Source: an uncultured Bdellovibrionales bacterium
GTDB lineage: Bacteria > Patescibacteriota > Minisyncoccia > Moranbacterales > UBA1568
Reading direction: 5' to 3'
DNA length: 64,000 nt
Assembly: GCA_964451495.1 (NCBI GenBank)
Contig: CAYVHS010000001.1
Location: 69,358-133,357 of the forward strand
Within the stretch, counting starts at the first letter, position 1. Every line of letters starts with the position of its first letter. Below, piece after piece: positions 19,633 through 27,817 of this stretch. A model generated the notes under the pieces. It ran no database searches and was not told the origin of the DNA. It was given only the letters and a program-made list of their open reading frames with translations. A program made the position numbers and the translations under genes.

Positions 19633-21195
19633 ATGAAAATTGTTGAAGCTCTACTATCAGGTATGAATATTTCATGGCAACGGGCGTGGCAGATCTTGTT
19701 TGTGATCGTGCTCGTAGGAGCGGGACTCCGGTTCTATGCGCTCGGAAATAATTCTTTCGTCGCCGATGAGTTCCTCGATATCAATTCGAGCTATGGTTAC
19801 GCAGAGACGGGGGAATGGAAAGCGTGGGATTTCAATTTCAGCAAACCAGCCGAGGTAAATATCAATGACGCGCGTGATGAGCGAGCCTTTGCGTATAAAT
19901 GGCAGGTAGCGACGCTGTTTAAATTTTTGCCGCCAACAGAAGGCGTGGCACGATCAGTGAGTGCGCTTTGGGGGGTGTTTACGATTCTCCTCATGTTTTG
20001 GACGGGATGGTTTCATACTCGCAAGAAAACAGTGGGATTGATCGCGGCATTTCTCTTTGCGGTTTCGATAAGTGGCATCATCTTTGATCGCCGACTCCGT
20101 ATGTACGCCATGTTTTTTCCGGTGTATCTCGGCTTTGCGACCAGTCTCTTTGCTTTTTTTGAGACGGAATATCGCGGCAAATGGTCGCTGTGCCGAAAAC
20201 TTTGGGAGCGATGGGGATTAAATGTATGCTATCTATTCCCGCTTGTTTTGTTGGGCATGCTTTCATTACATGTGCACCAGCTCTCCATCAATATCGTTCC
20301 ATTGTTCGGGACCTATCTCGTGTGGATGACTTTCATGGCCTGGAGAGGCAAGGAGGGATATAGGAACAAATATGCGATAACGCTCGGGGTTGGTATTCTC
20401 GGCGCTCTCCTAGTATTGATGGTATCTCCGTTTGCTCGTGGGATGATATTCGGTGGTGCTCTCGTATGGTTCGATAATCATTATGCGTATTTTGGCTACG
20501 TACTCCGTGATTTCGCGCATCCACTCCTCGGTATCATGGTGATGATATTCGGCGCATATTTCCTCGGGAAAAAGCTCAATCGTCCCAAAGAAGCAGCGTG
20601 GCTCTCACTCGGGATCCTGGTACCATTTGTGATGGCTGTGTGGTTCTGGCGGCGCAACGAAGGCGCTCAATATATATTTTTCGCGCAGTCATTTGCTCTC
20701 TTGCTTGCGGCTACAGGAATATATGGCTGTATGTGTTTTGTGCGTCAATCTCTCGCGGTGTCATATGGCAAGAAAGTCATATGGATCACACTATTGCTCG
20801 CGGTACTTCTTATTCCGAATTATGGGTATTTCCTCGAGGAGAACAACACCTATCACGAGACCTCATCGGGTGATAATCCCAATTATCGGAAAGTGTTTGC
20901 TTATTTCAACAAGTATCATGAAAAGGACGAGGTCATCATCACCCGCAATTTCCGCAATTATTATCTGAGCGGTGCGAAGGTGCTAGTGTATGATTTTGGC
21001 GGTGAGCTTTCCAGAGAGAAATTTTCGCTCGCGGAGCTAGAGTCTATTATGGATACTCATCCGCATGGCTGGGTAATCGTTTCGACCAATGATTATGATT
21101 ATGTCTCAAACGATGTGGAACAGTTCTGGAAGAAGCACATGGAGCGCGTGAGCAATGCCCAGGTGCGTGGGGATATCGAAGTGTATCGTTGGTAG
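19633..21195 (+). CDS. GT-C fold polytopic glycosyltransferase (PMT_2-like)
   Basis: LRFYALG..SFVADE, RSVSALWG, RRLRMYA and many TM segments. Confidence 0.8.
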   Translation: MKIVEALLSGMNISWQRAWQILFVIVLVGAGLRFYALGNNSFVADEFLDINSSYGYAETGEWKAWDFNFSKPAEVNINDARDERAFAYKWQVATLFKFLPPTEGVARSVSALWGVFTILLMFWTGWFHTRKKTVGLIAAFLFAVSISGIIFDRRLRMYAMFFPVYLGFATSLFAFFETEYRGKWSLCRKLWERWGLNVCYLFPLVLLGMLSLHVHQLSINIVPLFGTYLVWMTFMAWRGKEGYRNKYAITLGVGILGALLVLMVSPFARGMIFGGALVWFDNHYAYFGYVLRDFAHPLLGIMVMIFGAYFLGKKLNRPKEAAWLSLGILVPFVMAVWFWRRNEGAQYIFFAQSFALLLAATGIYGCMCFVRQSLAVSYGKKVIWITLLLAVLLIPNYGYFLEENNTYHETSSGDNPNYRKVFAYFNKYHEKDEVIITRNFRNYYLSGAKVLVYDFGGELSREKFSLAELESIMDTHPHGWVIVSTNDYDYVSNDVEQFWKKHMERVSNAQVRGDIEVYRW

Positions 21196-21203
21196 AGAAT
21201 AGC

Positions 21204-22277
21204 ATGAAAAAACGATTTCTGAAGATCTTGAAAGTCCTGGGAAAACGAGCGAGAGCGTACTCTGTGAAAGCTATGGCGTTCGTGAAAAAATATCCGATAC
21301 GTTTGGCTGTTTTGGCTTCGACCATCATAATAGTCATTGCTTTTATATTTTTCGTCGTTCATTTGGGAAATGAGCTGAGACAGAGAGCCTATGAGCGGGG
21401 CGAGAGAGTCCGAGTAGGCTTTAGTGCCGACTGGGAATATGGTAGTCGGAAAAAGATTCAGAAAAAATTGACCAATCAAGCACCTGCCGAATTGACCAAA
21501 GTTGTGGAATATTTCAATGCCGTTTTCCAGCCCGAAATCGTCATTGGCGGCGGTGATTATATCGAGAGCTCGGGTGTGAAAGTGGAGAAAGCCAAAATAC
21601 AGCTACGGGAAATAAATGATATTTTCAAAAAGCTCGATGCTCCGCGTGCTTATGTCCTCGGCAATCATGATCTGCGAGTGCTGCCACGGGCTGATGTGAT
21701 GAGTATTCTCGAAATAGAAGAGACACATGGCGTGTATGATATTGGCGATTGGCGCCTCGTGCTTTTCGATACGAATGCGAATAAAGGTGATGATTCGGAT
21801 AGGAGCGCGCAGGCGTATTCTATAGGCTATACCAAAAAGGCCGAGCTCGAGTGGTTGGGCCAAGCACTCGATACTGACCGTCCTACAGTGGTCTTTTCGC
21901 ATCATACGCCGGTACTTACTATCACTACCGATGATATCTGGCGTGAGAATATCGAGAATGCTGATGAGGTGCGTGCTGTACTCGAGCAGCATCAAAATGT
22001 CATTGCCTCCATCTCTGGGCATACACCACGTCCTCAGGAATCAGTAATGAATGGGGTACGTTATATCGTTTCTGACACGTTGGTGAGCGAGACTGGTATC
22101 GGTGCCTTCGCTACGATAGAGCTTTACTACAATCCTTTTTCGACTCGTGCCGAGATCGTTTTTGAGCATTACGGTATGCGTCGAGAGACATATAGTGGAG
22201 TCACGTATCTAGAAAAAAATAAAAGAGAGAGAATGTCTCGGATGATTAGGACTATATTGGCGGAAAAATATTTATGA
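21204..22277 (+). CDS. Membrane-anchored calcineurin-like metallophosphoesterase (variant motifs)
   Basis: One TM, then ADWE, GGDYI, LGNHD, FSHH and SGHTP. Confidence 0.8.
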   Translation: MKKRFLKILKVLGKRARAYSVKAMAFVKKYPIRLAVLASTIIIVIAFIFFVVHLGNELRQRAYERGERVRVGFSADWEYGSRKKIQKKLTNQAPAELTKVVEYFNAVFQPEIVIGGGDYIESSGVKVEKAKIQLREINDIFKKLDAPRAYVLGNHDLRVLPRADVMSILEIEETHGVYDIGDWRLVLFDTNANKGDDSDRSAQAYSIGYTKKAELEWLGQALDTDRPTVVFSHHTPVLTITTDDIWRENIENADEVRAVLEQHQNVIASISGHTPRPQESVMNGVRYIVSDTLVSETGIGAFATIELYYNPFSTRAEIVFEHYGMRRETYSGVTYLEKNKRERMSRMIRTILAEKYL

Positions 22278-22284
22278 AAAAAGA

Positions 22285-22320
22285 AAAACGTTCGGCGACC
22301 TGATAGGTACCGAACGTTTT
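22285..22320. terminator. Bidirectional intrinsic terminator
   Basis: aaaacgttcgg...ccgaacgtttt between convergent genes. Confidence 0.75.
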
Positions 22321-22338
22321 GAAATACCGACCATGGAA

Positions 22339-22932
22339 TCATGAAGACCGTATTTTACCGGTAATCCTTGTGCTAGTGATAGCGTCTGGCCAGCGTATAA
22401 GACACAGTTCTCCTTCGGAATAATGATACAGATTCATGAGGATACTGGTTGCTTCTTTATCCTTAGAACCTTCCGTGCGGAGAAAACTGTAGATAACTTT
22501 TGCGAAATTCCTCCTGACCGAAAAAAAGACCGATGGCTCAAGAAGCTTATCGTTTGGGCCATATGAGATTCTGTAAAAGGATCGGAGTCCATCAGCCGCA
22601 TGCTGGTAGGATTTCCAGTGCTCCATAGAGAAGCTGAGCTCGTAGAGGGCAATGAGCCCAGAAAACTGCCTCATATAGAGCGCGGTTATTTGCTCGAGAG
22701 TCGTGTCGAGCTCTTGCCAGGTGACGATGCCATCGCGAACGGCTCCTTCAATGATCGCGACAGTATCGTCGCAATCCAGGCTGGTCCAGCGTTCGCAGAG
22801 AAAATCCAGGAAAACTGGTTCTTCTTTGAGTTGCCGCATGGCGTACCCGATCTGTTTCCTGACGCTTTTTCCGTAGAAAAAACAATAGGCGTTTTGCTTT
22901 AATTGTTCCCAAAAAGCTCTGAGTGCTTGCAT
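22339..22932 (-). CDS. Hypothetical protein (orphan cassette)
   Basis: Start MQALRAF with SD aaggag 6 nt upstream; own promoter and terminator. Confidence 0.7.
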   Translation of the reverse strand: MQALRAFWEQLKQNAYCFFYGKSVRKQIGYAMRQLKEEPVFLDFLCERWTSLDCDDTVAIIEGAVRDGIVTWQELDTTLEQITALYMRQFSGLIALYELSFSMEHWKSYQHAADGLRSFYRISYGPNDKLLEPSVFFSVRRNFAKVIYSFLRTEGSKDKEATSILMNLYHYSEGELCLIRWPDAITSTRITGKIRSS

Positions 22933-22989
22933 GTCATTCTCCTTGTTTGGTGGGGGGGTGCTGCAGAAAGTTTTTAAGGTTCGATATAT

Positions 22990-23018
22990 ATTATACACCT
23001 AAAATACCAAAAAGTCAA
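22990..23018 (-). promoter_or_regulatory. Near-consensus sigma70 promoter
   Basis: TTGACT-17-TATAAT. Confidence 0.75.
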
Positions 23019-23035
23019 GGCCACGAAGTTTTTCC

Positions 23036-24508
23036 TCAGGCCTTTTTGAAGATTTTTATGAAGGGAGCAATGTCTTCATCGGTCAGTTCACGGAACAACC
23101 GCAGGAGAACAAAATAGAGAAAGAAAAGAAAAGCTCCAGAAGCGATAAAGCTCAGATCGCCCCGAGGTAGGATATATCTCGCGAGGAGCGTGATGATAGT
23201 GGCGCTTATGAGAGACAGGAACATCGTTTTGATTGAAATTTTTGATTGGAAATGAATTCGAGTATAGATGAGGATGCCAATCATGAGAAGAAATGAGACA
23301 AGGGTGGTTGCGAGTGCGGCACCGATGATCTGATACTTGGGAATCAAGATGAAGTTGAGGGTGACCATTCCGAAGAATCCACCAATCGCGAGCTTCATGG
23401 GAATCTTGACGAGGCCGGCCCCGTTGAGCGCAAATGAGAGCACATAAAAAACAGTGAGGAACCCAACGCCAATAGTATATATGCCCATTGTTATTGCACC
23501 ATCAATGTATTTTGGGCCGAAGAAAAAATGCATGGCTTGTGAGGCATAGGCAGTGAGAAGAGCGACCATGGGGAAAAGGAGGAGTACAAGGAGACGGAGT
23601 GATTTATCGACGAGACTCTGCGTCTCTTGATCATTGCGTTCGGCGGTGAATTTGGAGATGGCTGGGAGTAGGATGATAGTGAGCGCGTAGAAGAGGTAAT
23701 AGGGGATGCGTCCGGCGGTGATAGCAGCATTGTAGATGCCAGTTTGGTAATCGCTTTGGAGGAGGCTTTTTACAAAGTAGAGATCAAGTGTGAGGATGAA
23801 TTCGTAGAAAAGCAGGAAAAGAGTGAGGGGCCCAGCATAGGTGAGAATCGTTTTTCCAGAGAATTCAATAATTTCTGATTTAGTTTGTTTTACATGTGGG
23901 AAATAGCGGTGCGTGATGTAAATATCGCAGAGAAGTGCGACGATGAAGATGAAAAGTGGTGCAGCGATGTACCCTGATACTGCTCCTGTTACACTAAAGA
24001 AATAGGCGAAGCTGATGATGAAGACGATACGACCGAGCGCTCGTGTGGTTTTCAAAACGGCTTGGAGACGGAAAAAGTGAAGTCCCGTGTAGTAGTAGAA
24101 ATAAAACGATGCAGCGGCAAAGGCAGGAATCATGAGCGAAGATAGCCGGAAAAGAGGAGTAAGAGAGGAATCATGGAGCGCCCAAGAAATCAGTGGCGCT
24201 GCGAAGAAAAACAGAGCGGTTACGGCGGACATGAGAATAACCTGAAGCTTGATAGCTTTGTGCTTGATGCCGAGGATTTTCTCTGGAGCACTTTCGAATA
24301 TTTCTGAGAGATATTTCGACATGGCCGTCGGGATACCGTTGCCGATGAGAATGATGATCATTGTCGTGAGCGTGACCGTGAGGCTGTAGCGGCCGTAGTC
24401 TGCCGGGCCGAGGATACGGCCGACGGAGGCTTGGATGACGTAGCCAGCCAGATTGAAAACAATTTCAGATAGAGTCAGCCAGATGAGCGCGCTGGAGAAT
24501 TTTTTCAT
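23036..24508 (-). CDS. Wzx/MOP-family oligosaccharide flippase
   Basis: RILGPADYG, D..FVKSLL..GIYNAA, LNFILIPKYQIIGAALAT; about 14 TMs. Confidence 0.88.
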   Translation of the reverse strand: MKKFSSALIWLTLSEIVFNLAGYVIQASVGRILGPADYGRYSLTVTLTTMIIILIGNGIPTAMSKYLSEIFESAPEKILGIKHKAIKLQVILMSAVTALFFFAAPLISWALHDSSLTPLFRLSSLMIPAFAAASFYFYYYTGLHFFRLQAVLKTTRALGRIVFIISFAYFFSVTGAVSGYIAAPLFIFIVALLCDIYITHRYFPHVKQTKSEIIEFSGKTILTYAGPLTLFLLFYEFILTLDLYFVKSLLQSDYQTGIYNAAITAGRIPYYLFYALTIILLPAISKFTAERNDQETQSLVDKSLRLLVLLLFPMVALLTAYASQAMHFFFGPKYIDGAITMGIYTIGVGFLTVFYVLSFALNGAGLVKIPMKLAIGGFFGMVTLNFILIPKYQIIGAALATTLVSFLLMIGILIYTRIHFQSKISIKTMFLSLISATIITLLARYILPRGDLSFIASGAFLFFLYFVLLRLFRELTDEDIAPFIKIFKKA

Positions 24509-25122
24509 ATTTTTTCTTGGATTTGTTGGAAGATGATTTCTTTATCTCTATTGGCATCGATAATAACCATGTTCCAGAGAGATGTGTTTTGCTTGAAGAG
24601 CTTTTGCTTGGCATGGAGATACTCGATGCCTTGTTCAGGTGCGCGTTCGCGGGACATAATGACCTCTGGTGCGATATCGAAATAGAGTGCGACATCCGGG
24701 TGCGGCAGAAGATTCTCTATGAGTTTGGCTCGGAGATCCCAGAAAGCCAAGGCCGGCTTGTGGTCGGTAGTAAGGTAGTCGATGTTCACGATGGAATCGT
24801 AGAAGTAGCGGTCAGAAAGGAGGTAGTCGCAATTTTCTCGCTTCAATTTTTTTATGAGGCAGCGGAAGCGGAATATGTCGATGAGGAGTAATTTCTGACG
24901 GAGAACAAGAGAAAACCACGATGCTCGTGTGATAGCTTTTTCTCGGCCGGGCTCGAATGTCTTTTGTCCTTTGAAAAAGCGCACAATTTTATTGGCGATG
25001 GAAAATTCGATCGAATGAAAATAAGCGACATTGAGATTTTGTCGCTCAAGGTTTTCTCGGAGAAGTGCCAGCTGGGTCGATTTGCCTGATCCATCGACAC
25101 CGGAAAAAGTGATGAATTTCAT
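24505..25122 (-). CDS. Thymidylate-kinase-like P-loop kinase
   Basis: FITFSGVDGSGKSTQ, LSDRYFYDS, PD..LYFD, IIDA. Its stop overlaps the flippase start (ATGA). Confidence 0.8.
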   Translation of the reverse strand: MKFITFSGVDGSGKSTQLALLRENLERQNLNVAYFHSIEFSIANKIVRFFKGQKTFEPGREKAITRASWFSLVLRQKLLLIDIFRFRCLIKKLKRENCDYLLSDRYFYDSIVNIDYLTTDHKPALAFWDLRAKLIENLLPHPDVALYFDIAPEVIMSRERAPEQGIEYLHAKQKLFKQNTSLWNMVIIDANRDKEIIFQQIQEKI

Positions 25123-25195
25123 AGACTAAAGATACCAAAAAATGGTATTATTCACAACAGAAGGGCTCTATAATTTAATTTGTGAATTTTTTCGT

Positions 25196-25633
25196 ATGGG
25201 AAAAATGGTGGAAACACTCGTATTAGAACACAATGAGTTACGAAGGTTATTGGAACAGATACAACAAAGAGCTGTTCAATTTACTGACCTTATGTTGCTG
25301 GCTACTTTGCAAGAGTCTTTTTTGAAGAAGCTGGAAGGGCATTTGTTGTTGGAGAACACGCTTTTCTACCCGGCAATTTTGGAGGGTATGAAGCAAAAAA
25401 ATACTCCATTGGAACAGGTGAGTAAGACACAAGTGTTCATCAGTGAGATGAAGGATATAGAAATGAAAGTAACGCAATTCTTTGGTGCTCACAAAGACGA
25501 GGAAACCATACGCGCGAAAAAGGAGGAATACTTGCGTGGATTGGAAGAAATTATGTCTGCTCTTATTATGCGTATTGAAACAGAGGAGGATAGCGTGTAT
25601 CTTATGTGGGATTTTTTCGGCGCGAAAGAGTGA
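25196..25633 (+). CDS. Hemerythrin/HHE cation-binding domain protein
   Basis: LVLEH, HLLLE..LFYP, RIETEE..Y four-helix pattern. Confidence 0.7.
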   Translation: MGKMVETLVLEHNELRRLLEQIQQRAVQFTDLMLLATLQESFLKKLEGHLLLENTLFYPAILEGMKQKNTPLEQVSKTQVFISEMKDIEMKVTQFFGAHKDEETIRAKKEEYLRGLEEIMSALIMRIETEEDSVYLMWDFFGAKE

Positions 25634-25634
25634 A

Positions 25635-27074
25635 ATGGATAGAGTAATTGACATGGGACTTCGGAATCTTTTCTGGTATTCTTTGTATCTTTTCCTTCTC
25701 CCTATACAGACGGTATGTTTTCTGCGGGAGCCTTTTATTGATGGGGTGAAGTGGCAGTATGGAACAGTAGGTATTTATTTTTCCGATTTACTTTTAATCG
25801 GGGCTCTTGTCTTTTTCGTAGCTTCTGGTTTTATATTGAAAAAATTTCAAATTTCAAATTTCAAATTTCAAATGTCGTCAGCGCTATTAATTCTTTTTGT
25901 TTTGTGGGCAGGGCTGTCGATAATGTGGGCGCCGGATCAGATGCTCGCTGGATATTTTTTTGTGAAGCTACTTTTAGCCGCGGGTGTATTTTTTTTGGCG
26001 CGGTCTCTTGATGACGAGGATGTAAAAACTGTCGTACAGGTACTCATCGCAGCCGCGGTACTACAGAGTCTGCTCGGGATAGGGCAGTTTATCATGCAGA
26101 GTACTTTTGCTTCCTCACTTCTCGGCATGAGCGTACATGATGCCTGGCAGGTAGGGACATCGGTACTCAAAAACGATTCCGGTCGGTGGTTGCGCGCTTA
26201 CGGATCATTTGAACACCCGAATATGCTCGGGGGATTTTTGGCGACTGCATTCGTTATGGTCATAGCATATGCGGTCTCTTTCGGGGAAAGTATTATGAAG
26301 ACGGTCGTCATGAGCAGAGAAGAACTTCGGCAGAGTGGAGCGTCTCTCTGGGAGAGGTTTTCCGATACGGTGCGCATGGTTGTGGTAGCAGGAGCAGGGA
26401 TGCTGATTCTCCTGGCTCTCATCCTGACTTTTTCCCGTTCTGCTTGGCTCGGGGCAGGAATGGGAATTCTTTTTCTCATAGCACAATTTTTCTTCTTAAA
26501 TGTTACCTCAAAACAACGGTCGCGGAATTATGTAATATTTTTGAAAACACTCGGAGTGTTGGGAGTGGCGGGGATAGTGTTTGTCGGAGCGCTACACGAG
26601 ACAGTATTTCCACGCTTCGATCGTACGGTTATAGAGAGTGAGGGATCGGTTTCAGAGCGTGTACAGTCGTTTGAGGATGCTCAGATGGTCATCGGTGAGG
26701 GAAATATACTCCTCGGCACGGGGGCGGGCAATTTCACAGCTCAGAGCATGCGTTTGCAGCCAGATCGTCCGGTCTGGACTATCCAGCCAGCTCATAACGT
26801 CTTTGTTCTCATTTTTGCTGAGCTCGGCCTCGTTGGTACAGTGCTTTTCATCGCTTTTCTTTTCTCGATTTTTTTCAAAACCGAAAAAATAAAATGTTAC
26901 ATAATTCGACGGCCGTCATTTCGTGTAACATTTTTGAATGAGAGGAATATGGTGTTTGTCGAAGCCTTCGTGGCGGTTGTGCCAGCATTGCTACTCGATC
27001 ATTATCTATGGACGTCACATTTTGGCCTTATCTTTTTCTTTCTCCTCCTCGGCCTCGCTTTAAAAGAAAATTGA
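25635..27074 (+). CDS. O-antigen ligase (WaaL/Wzy_C) family membrane protein
   Basis: RAYGSFEHPNMLGG, LTFSRSAWLG, LLGTGAGNF, PAHNVF..AELGLVG. Start placed just after the upstream stop. Confidence 0.85.
   Translation: MDRVIDMGLRNLFWYSLYLFLLPIQTVCFLREPFIDGVKWQYGTVGIYFSDLLLIGALVFFVASGFILKKFQISNFKFQMSSALLILFVLWAGLSIMWAPDQMLAGYFFVKLLLAAGVFFLARSLDDEDVKTVVQVLIAAAVLQSLLGIGQFIMQSTFASSLLGMSVHDAWQVGTSVLKNDSGRWLRAYGSFEHPNMLGGFLATAFVMVIAYAVSFGESIMKTVVMSREELRQSGASLWERFSDTVRMVVVAGAGMLILLALILTFSRSAWLGAGMGILFLIAQFFFLNVTSKQRSRNYVIFLKTLGVLGVAGIVFVGALHETVFPRFDRTVIESEGSVSERVQSFEDAQMVIGEGNILLGTGAGNFTAQSMRLQPDRPVWTIQPAHNVFVLIFAELGLVGTVLFIAFLFSIFFKTEKIKCYIIRRPSFRVTFLNERNMVFVEAFVAVVPALLLDHYLWTSHFGLIFFFLLLGLALKEN
25842..25876 (+). 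repeat. Intragenic heptamer tandem repeat (AAATTTC)x4 plus AAATGTC
   Basis: Read directly; translates as KFQISNFKFQM. Confidence 0.9.
26498..26540. repeat. Intragenic ~43-bp palindromic element, copy A
   Basis: aaatgttac...gtaatattt. Its reverse complement aligns to 26892-26933 at about 34/43 by eye. Confidence 0.7.
26892..26933. repeat. Intragenic ~42-bp palindromic element, copy B
   Basis: aaatgttaca-taattc-gacggccgtc-atttcg-tgtaacattt. Confidence 0.7.
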
Positions 27075-27099
27075 CGGAGTAACGGATTCGTTGTATTCT
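27071..27099 (+). promoter_or_regulatory. Sigma70-type promoter
   Basis: TTGACG-17-TATTCT upstream of 27164; SD gaggag at about 27149. Confidence 0.6.
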
Positions 27100-27163
27100 G
27101 TGTAGTCTGGTTTTTGATAGTTTTTTTACCAATCAGTGGGTTTTTTGATGAGGAGATTTAAAT

Positions 27164-27607
27164 ATGAACCACGAAGCGGATTTTGCTCAATTTGAGCGTG
27201 CAGTGACGGAGGCCCGTATTGATTCTGGCAAGAAAAAAGAAATGGGGCGACTGCTCGCGGTTGCTATTTCTTCTGCTAGAAAAACAAAGAGGGATATTAT
27301 CAATGCGTGTATTGCGAATCATGCCACAGTTGATCGCTGGCTCGCCGGAAGTAATGTGCCCCATCCGAATCAGGTCGATAGTTTGAAAAAAATCTTGCTG
27401 GGTGTGCCTGGTACTACTGCGACTCATCCCCTGACTGTCTTCCTGCTCCATGCTCGCTATCGCCCTGTTATTCATTTTCTTTTTGAGCAAGAGTCAGGCG
27501 GACAGTCTTTGGATGAAGGACAGGTGAGTAATCTGCTTTGGCTGGCAGAAAAAAGCAAGGGGGAGCTTTCGAAAGAAATGATGAATATTTTTCTTGGCTT
27601 TAAGTAA
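27164..27607 (+). CDS. XRE/Cro-like helix-turn-helix protein (orphan cassette)
   Basis: KTKRDIINAC..NHATVDRWLAGSNVP..L pattern. Confidence 0.6.
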   Translation: MNHEADFAQFERAVTEARIDSGKKKEMGRLLAVAISSARKTKRDIINACIANHATVDRWLAGSNVPHPNQVDSLKKILLGVPGTTATHPLTVFLLHARYRPVIHFLFEQESGGQSLDEGQVSNLLWLAEKSKGELSKEMMNIFLGFK

Positions 27608-27637
27608 TCTGCAAAATTATGTGGATTCAGCGTCAAG

Positions 27638-27680
27638 AAAAAAACCGCTTCGGTCAATATGACGGAGCGGTTTTTTTTTT
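27638..27680. terminator. Bidirectional intrinsic terminator
   Basis: A7-ccgcttcggtc-aatat-gacggagcgg-T10. Confidence 0.8.
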
Positions 27681-27691
27681 GCTTGTTTCGT

Positions 27692-27729
27692 TGCGCATTA
27701 TAATATACGGTCGGATGTTATAATGCGCA
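27692..27729. repeat. 38-bp inverted repeat
   Basis: tgcgcattataatat-acggtcgg-atgttataatgcgca. Confidence 0.8.
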
Positions 27730-27817
27730 TTTTTTACCCATGAGTCCAGCGTGCCGGACAGTGAATTTTAGTAAAGGGAGCAGGATGATGACTGTTAATT
27801 GTTCGTTGCTGTTGGAT

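Noticed and set aside
25482-25634. N-terminal extension of the WaaL-like ORF
   Set aside because: It overlaps the hemerythrin-domain gene out of frame; ATG 25635 follows that gene's stop.
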